The notes under the pieces were generated by a model, which saw only the letters and a list, made by a program, of their open reading frames with translations, had not been told where the DNA came from and ran no database searches. 64,000 bases of DNA from the human T2T-CHM13v2.0 reference genome, Homo sapiens, in NCBI RefSeq assembly GCF_009914755.1, contig NC_060927.1; one strand, 5' to 3'. Below are positions 56,501-64,000 of the stretch, in pieces; positions within the stretch are counted from its first letter, which is position 1, and every line of letters starts with the position of its first letter. The translations under genes were made by a program, and so were the position numbers.

Positions 56501-59500
56501 ACCCTCTTTTCAGAGAAATATGAGTTCTCTCTTAAAGAAGTTGTCATCATGTATGGAAAGAGCACTAACATTAAAATGAGAAGGCTTCATCCCTTTCTGC
56601 CATTCTCCATCACTTATGTGATGGGCAGCCATCAACAAGTCATTTCCTCTCTCTTTTTCCTCAGTTTTCTCTTTTATAACATGAAGGAGTGGAATTAGGT
56701 AACCTCTAGGTTCTGTTTGTTCCAGCCCTGGAATCCTGTCCCCTTGTTCAAAAAACATAGCACTAAATTGCCTTTCCAAGTGGAATGACAAAAGGCAATG
56801 ACATTCATATTTTAAAGAAGGCCAGGATAGGACAGTTGGCACAGCTTCTATCAGCAGTTTGTCCCAAACCCTTAACAATGGAAACCAATTGGATTTCTTT
56901 TCTGTTTCCCAACTTGAGCTGGGAAGGGATCCAGGCCATAGAAGGCTTTAGAAGACAACAAAATCAGTTGCCTAAACTCATAGCTCTCTCGGGCAAGTTT
57001 CTTTGCTTCTCTCTCTCTCTTCCCTTTCATCCTTCTTTTGTTTTTTTTTAGAGAGGGAAGACTAAAACCAGAAGATGGGTAATTAAGATAACTAAGAGAT
57101 AGAGAGTCACAGGAAGGGTTTTATTTCAGCTCAAGGTTTCATTTTTTTTCTTTCTTTTCTCCCCAGTTCTTTCTGATTTCATTTTCTAAAACTGCAGCAC
57201 ATATATTTGAGGGATCATTAAAGAAGTCCTGCATTCCTGCTCAGTGAATTTTAAACTCTTCTACACCACCCTGGGCTACCTGTTTACTGAAGTTAAAGGT
57301 AGGAACAACCTTCTTGGAGAAACCTTTGTCCACGTTTGGATCACTGTGGTGGTCCTCTTGGCCTTGGGGTCAAAGAAGCATTCACTTGCTCATCAAGTCT
57401 TTATCGAGCTCCTACTATGGATGTCACTGTGGTAAGCCCTGGGACAAGTAAGAAAGGAAAGGCTCCTGTTCCCATCTCTCATGGAGTTTATAGGCCAGCG
57501 TAAAAGATGAAACACAAGTAAATACACAAATACAACATCTAGGAGGTGCTACAAAGGAGCTATGAAGCTACCCTAGCTTCTGCTGCCTCATAACTGGCCC
57601 CAGAGCAAAATTTCTCCACTCATTATCATCCTGAGACTGTAGCACATCTGCCCTCCATGTCATCAGAGAGACTCACCTGGCCCTGCTGAGCTTGCCCTGG
57701 CTCCCTGGGACACCTGGTCTCCTTGCTTAGCTCCCAGTGTGCTTTCTCATTCTGCCCCTGCTCATTCTCCGCCGGCACTATGTTCTCTGAATGCTGGCAA
57801 GCTTGCTGTTCTCTAAATCCTCCCTTTCTTTTCCTGCTTTTGGGTCTTTGCTCTTGCTGATCCCTTTATCAGGAACTTCCCTCACCTCTACCTCCACTTG
57901 TCCAAATGCTACCAATTCTTCCAGGATCTGTTCATGCTCCTTTACCCTCACTGCAGCCATCCTGAACCCTTCTCCCCACCTTGGGGAGTATCTGCTTGTT
58001 CTTCCCTGGTGCTCATGGCATTTGGTTTATTGTGCTAATCAGAGCGCTCATCATCCACTGACTGGTATTACACAGTTACTTGTGTATCTGTCCTAGGCCC
58101 TTACCTACTTATCTCCAACCTAAAGGCATGTCTATTATTTCTGCATCTCAAATAGAAGCAGACACAGTTAATGCAAAACCATATTATTGAATAAGTGCTC
58201 AGTAATGATGACTATTATGCACTTGAGACTGGAGACCTAGGACAGAGACAGGAGCATATCTGGATTTAAATCCCAGTTCTACTGTATGTTAGCTGTGTAA
58301 CCCTGGGCAACTTTATTTATTAATAATAAAGTATGTGAGCAATCTTATATCACTGTACAGAGTGCTCATATATGTTATCCAGCTTAATTCCTAGAACAAC
58401 CCTGTGTGAGAAGAACTACTGAGTGCTGACACTAGTCATAGTGCTAGACTCATAGCTGAATTCAGATTCCAAATTAAGTAGCCTGATTGTAGATACAACC
58501 ATTCACATGCGAACATTTTGCTTTTTTCCTGGCTCAGCACTGCCAGTACTGCTTCTTTGAGGTACAATTATGCCCATTTTACAGATGAGAAAACTGAGAC
58601 TTAGAAAGCTTAAATAATTTGTCAGTATTGTAAAACTACCTATCTTTGTTATCAGAGAAACATGACTGTGACCAACCTAGGTATATACAATTTTCCACAG
58701 CCATGTGAAAGTTTTATGACTCTTTAACATTTCTGGTTGTCTGCTATGCTCGGTGCATTGGGCTGGCTGGACCTTGTATATGTTGGGAAGAAGGAGGACT
58801 TACAAAGACTAAGATACAGTCTTTGCTTCCAAGAGGTAAATAAAAAACAACTAAAATATTCTATCATCCACACCTATTCCCTCTCCCTTCTTTTTTCAGC
58901 ATGTTACTGGATGCTGCCTCTTTATCCATCTGCCCTGGTGGAGATCTTGAGGTTACAGGAATAGCCAAGAGAGACACAGGCAGAGTTAAGTCCAAAGCAG
59001 TCAGCAAAGGTGGGGAGACATAGATGGGTCCAGGTGGTAAGTAGGATTGGCCTTGTTATTGGAAGCTGAATGTAGTTACTGGACTTGGAGATTTCGGTTT
59101 CTAGAGAAGACAGCAGCTCTCCATGCCCAGTTTAATACTGTGGATTAGCGTGGGAGTGGCCCCAGACCCACAGGCAGAAAAGGCCAATGGTCAGAGTGGA
59201 GATCCTCAGGACACTCCAGGTGTCTGAGGGAACGTAGGGTTATCCCTCTTTATTACTAAGTGGATTGCTGCTCCCCCTTGCAGGCCAAAGCATGAATACT
59301 GGACATAGCCCACATCGAGGGTAGAGAACTTGGTTTTGGCTCTCAAGTCGACCACTCATCAGCAGATGACTGTGAGCAAGTCACTTCCTCCCTCCAAGAC
59401 TCCATTTCTACAGGGATTCCATAAAATGGGCATAAGAATTTTCACTGTGCTCGTATGGACTGGATTAGGCCATCATGTGCATTAACACACTTGGCTGTGA

Positions 59501-60059
59501 GCACTAGGTGCAGCCAAGATGCTGATGGGAAAGAAAAGTCTAGGTTTTGCCCCCTGCGTCGTTCCTCGTGACAGGATTATGCTGAGGGAGGGCACATTAG
59601 ATTGACTCACACATACTGAAATGGTCATAGTTATTGAGGTTACCCAGTTTCCAGGCCTGAACTAGTAAACCCAGCAATGAGAATCAGCCAGCATTAGCAA
59701 GTTTTCCGTGTGGGAGTGGGGTGGGGGTGGGGACTGGAGGGAGCAGGCGCTGAACCAGGAAAGGAGGAGGATGCTCATCATTGGCTAAAGATCCATGCCT
59801 GGAAATTAACGGCGTTAAAGTGAGACTTGCTTCAGGTTCCAACCCGGTAAGGCAAATGGAGAGGCTGTCAGGAGACCAGAAGTTTACCTCAGCTATTGCA
59901 CCGACGCACCACGTGCTCTGGTGCACATCCACCGCCTCTTCCTGCCTCAGTTTCTCCTTTTGTAAAACAACAGCTTGTAAAGGCCTGGGGATCTTCTCAT
60001 CCACGGGAGTTTTCTAAGGATGCAGGCGAAAGAGGTAGGAAAAGTACTCTGTCTCTGTC

Positions 60060-61090
60060 CTGGGTGTTCGGGATCAAGGCCTTTTGAACCAATTCCGGAA
60101 TCCGCCACCGGGCGGTGGTAGGAGAGAGCCAGAGGATTCGTCAGTAAGTGTGCGTGCGTGACAGAGGGCTTTTAAATAGATCGCTTTGTATCTAGCACGG
60201 TAGCACCTGCTTCTAAGCTTCCAACGGCAGCTCGAGCAACGCGATCATTCAGAAGCGGCCGCTTTCCATTCACGTCTATAATTAGCGCGCAGGCTGCAGC
60301 TCAGGCTCGAGCTGCAAAGCGGGGCGGCGGCCTTGTGGGCGGGGCCACCACCTCCTAGCCCCGCCCCCTTCGAATTCCACCTTCCCAGCCCTTCCCAGCC
60401 AGGAGCCTCCTGCAGCCTCCTCCCCACCCCCACTGTCTGTCCTCGCCCTGGTTCTGGGCTTCGCTCTCGGCGCTCCAGGATTCCTGGACGACAGGGCCCA
60501 ATCGTACCCTCACTCTGGGATCACTCTTGTGCAGTAAATAAGCACCTTGAAAGATGCATTCCAGGAGGGCAGCTATATTTAGAGTGGCATCCTCCTCTCC
60601 TCCCCGCACGCTCCTGCGTCCCGCCCTCTCCCCTCCCCGCCCCGCTCCCCGATGCCCCTCCCAGCCACCTCTCCCTCTTTGTCGCATTACATAGTAATCT
60701 GAGATGCACTGGATGTGCTCCAGGGAACAGAATGTACTTGGCAGAGACGCGGGGCTTGATGTCTGCAAAATGTCGGAAACGCAGCCAAGAGCTGCTAACT
60801 GGGTCATTAACCTCCAAAAGCAAAGCGAGGACTGTAAGGCCCGCTCTGCCTCCCTTCATCTCGCCAATAAAAGTGCCTCAGTGTGAGGGGGAAGAAAAAG
60901 CCCAAGGTTGACTGCTTTGATTTCTAGGCACCAAAGGCAGGCCCGTCCTCTCGTCCTGGCCCAGGCCCCAGCCCCTCCGGGCCAGCCCCTGCGCCACATC
61001 AGAGTTTACAAGTGACCTTTGAAAGGCTCAGCAACCCCGCAGGGCCATGCTTGCGCCTCAGCAAAGAAGTTACCCAGCAGCCGTTCCCTA
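60060..61090. promoter_or_regulatory. CpG-rich regulatory element (small CpG island; promoter or enhancer)
   Basis: About 30 CpGs in 60061-60480 by hand count; NotI site 60255; GC boxes GGGCGGGGCC 60337 and CCCCGCCCC ~60359; no repeat origin recognised. Confidence 0.65.
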
Positions 61091-61202
61091 CCGCACAGCC
61101 TTGGACACATTTTCTTGGGTCCAGGAGGAGTTAAGGGAGTGGGGGTGAGTAGGGGTGAAAGGAGAAGGTTCCAGGTCCTTCACCTACAGTGAAGGGCTCT
61201 GC

Positions 61203-61294
61203 TGTCTCTCCCCTCCTCTGCTTCTCTCCCTCTTTTTCCTCCCCCTCCTCTTTCTTCTTTCTTGTCTTCCTCCTCTCCCTCTTCCACTTCTTTC
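61203..61294. repeat. CT-rich low-complexity polypyrimidine tract
   Basis: About 90 nt almost entirely C/T. Confidence 0.85.
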
Positions 61295-62375
61295 TGAGAG
61301 CAGGCTTTGAGGTAGGTTCATGAATACATGGCCTGGGTCCAGGGGATTTGCATTCAAGCCGCTTGCAGCTCTGTTACTTGCTATGTGACCTTGGGTGAGT
61401 CACTCATTTCTCTGCTTTTAAATTCCCTTCTTCTTCATTGTTCACCACAATAACACCTTCCTGACATACATCACAAAACAGTGAGGCCAAATGAGAAAGT
61501 CTTTCCCTGACCGCCTTGTCTTTCACCCCTCTGAAAGCCCTGAGGTCCAAAGTGCCTCTGGCCTTGTGTGTACTCCTGGAAAATAGGAATACAAGTGGTC
61601 TCACCAGAAAGATTCAAACGTTTGAATGTTTTCAAGGGGATAGCCCCTAAAATCCACCCTCTTCAAGTTTTCTAGCCCTGTGAGGTTGCCAAACAGACAC
61701 TTCCCCCTAATGCTCCAACCCACTTCTCCAGTGGCTAGAGAGAGAAAGTGACCGGTACAGAAACCAGAAGAGGTTGTGCAGTTCCTCAAATGAGACTCCC
61801 TTCCTTGTTGGAGGGAAGACAGTCAGCCTGGTAAGACTAGCAGCAGCCCACGAGATGTGGGTCTGAGCAGTCTCAACAAAAGTCCAGGATGAGGAGAATG
61901 GAGATTTGTGCAGCCATGCTGATAAGAGGAGGAAAGCTCGCTCCTGGTGCTCTCTAGGAAATTAGAACCAAGCCCAGCCTGGCATCAGCACCCTTCCTGC
62001 CTCATCTCTCGTTGGTCTTACCACTCCTTCCATGGCAGCCACATCAGATGGGTTCTGGCTGGTCGCGGTGCTCCATGGACGCCTCCTGCTTTCCTGCCAC
62101 TTGGGCCTTGGCTGAGATGTCTTAAAAAATTTTTTAAACTCATCAGAATTTGATGGCCTCTATTTGGCCTATCTCTGCCACACATTCAAATCTTTCACAT
62201 CCCTCAAAACCCAGCTTCAATGCCATCTCCTCTATTTAGATGTCACTTCTTTCTCTTTCAGTCTCAGTACACCCAGCCAGCCTTGGGTTATGCCATTTTT
62301 GTGCTTGCTAGATCCCTCTTATGCCATAGAGATTTCTCTGTGGATACAAACTCTGCTGTTGATCTCAATACTGAT

Positions 62376-62613
62376 GGCTAAGGTATATCATAATACATCA
62401 TAAATACATCCTGGTTTGCCATCTCAGTTTATGACTTTGTCTTGGTATAATATAAAATGTACCTTACGGCTAAGGTACATCATAAGGTACATCATAATAC
62501 ATCCTGATTTGCCATCTCAGTTTATGACTCTGTCTTGGTATAATTAGTTATTAATAGGTCCCTCCTTCACCTTGAAGTTTTTGGGTTTGGATGATAAATT
62601 ATACAGTCACCTT
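62376..62613 (-). mobile_element. MER94 hAT-Blackjack DNA transposon with partial tandem duplication
   Basis: tttggatgataaattatacagtcacctta and ttattaatag..ccttcac match the MER94 reverse complement; the left ~76 bp is present twice. Confidence 0.75.
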
Positions 62614-63019
62614 ACTGAGGGTCTCTATCCAAGTACATGGTACATTAGCAGGGGCTCAGTAAATGTGGCAAAGTACCTTAAAGGGCATTTAAAGGATCTT
62701 TTATACCCAGGTCACTGGGGCTCTCAGCCCTACCCTTTTCACTCCTTTTCTGGAGGCAGGCTACCATTTGTTCCTCTTCTCTCAAGGACTGCAGAATGAC
62801 CTATGACCACTTTCTTTTTGACAAGCCTTTCCAGGATTTCAAAATGCTCTGACCCAACAAGAGAAATCACTTACCACAATCCTACCCCTTCTTCTCAGCC
62901 CCTAAACAGTAGAACAGCCACTGGATATTGGAAATAGGTATCAGACACTAGAGAAGGTCAGAACACAGCTGGTGCGATATATCATTTCCAGCCTCAACTG
63001 GACTTTTGGCCTTGCCCAA

Positions 63020-63443
<424 letters not shown>

Positions 63444-64000
63444 TAAACTATGTAGTTAACATTCTAGGTTCTGTTCAGAGGTCAGAAAAGATAAGGTCTC
63501 TTGTGCTTTTTCATCATAATAAAAAACTTACTCAAAAGTCAGCCTGTTGGGGTGAGTGTTTGTTGACTTTTTAAACAAGATATCAAGCATTTGGAAGTAA
63601 CAGAGGCAATACGCCCAGCCGTGTGAATGGAGCTCTAGCTTCAGCATCAGGAAGCCTGGGTCGACGTCTCCTCCTCTGACTCATTGCTTGCTGAAACATG
63701 AATCATATGCCCTTTCTCAGCACTGGGTCTCACTTCCTTCATCTCCCCTATAAAATGGGCGTATTTGCCATTCCTACCACACAGGAGGGGGCTGAGGCTT
63801 TCAGAGTCCTTGCTAATTACACACAAAAATATTATTAAAAGTAAAAATAAGCCATAGTGTGATTTTGACGCTCTGAAGAGGCACACGTGGAGGGTATGCG
63901 AAGCCATTTTATGACCTTGCTTCGTTTCTGGACATCCCAGTTCACTGAGAACAGGCTCTCAGAACGTGGGAATGGGCAGGAGAATCCATGTTGAGATGGA

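Noticed and set aside
60333-60911. 192-aa Pro-rich ORF
   Set aside because: A by-product of the GC-rich element: TTG start, low complexity and overlapping antisense ORFs.

Overview
Primate (very likely human) genomic DNA; there is no prokaryotic gene content. Bases ~288-3300 look like the repeat-free terminal exon / long 3' UTR of an unidentified + strand gene, with a splice acceptor at 286-287 and AATAAA signals at 749, 3069 and 3276. The remaining ~60 kb is intergenic and repeat-rich: ~24 Alus (J, S and Y types), a fragmented ancient L1M, two younger L1 3' ends, MaLR/ERVL/ERV1 solo LTRs including a full-length HERV-W LTR17, DNA transposons (MER20, Tigger4b-like, MER30, MER94), and MIR/L2 relics. 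A CpG-rich regulatory element lies at ~60.1-61.1 kb. No complete protein-coding gene is supported; the ORF track is mostly Alu/LTR/L1 translation or chance. I found no convincing novel biological system. The best second-look items are a tail-less 5S rRNA retrocopy with a perfect 16-bp TSD, a possible ancient Gypsy integrase relic, an Alu with an inverted tail, a duplication with a fold-back junction in MER94, the LTR17, and several candidate enhancers. Repeat subfamily names are from recalled consensus sequences, and ancient-repeat boundaries are approximate.
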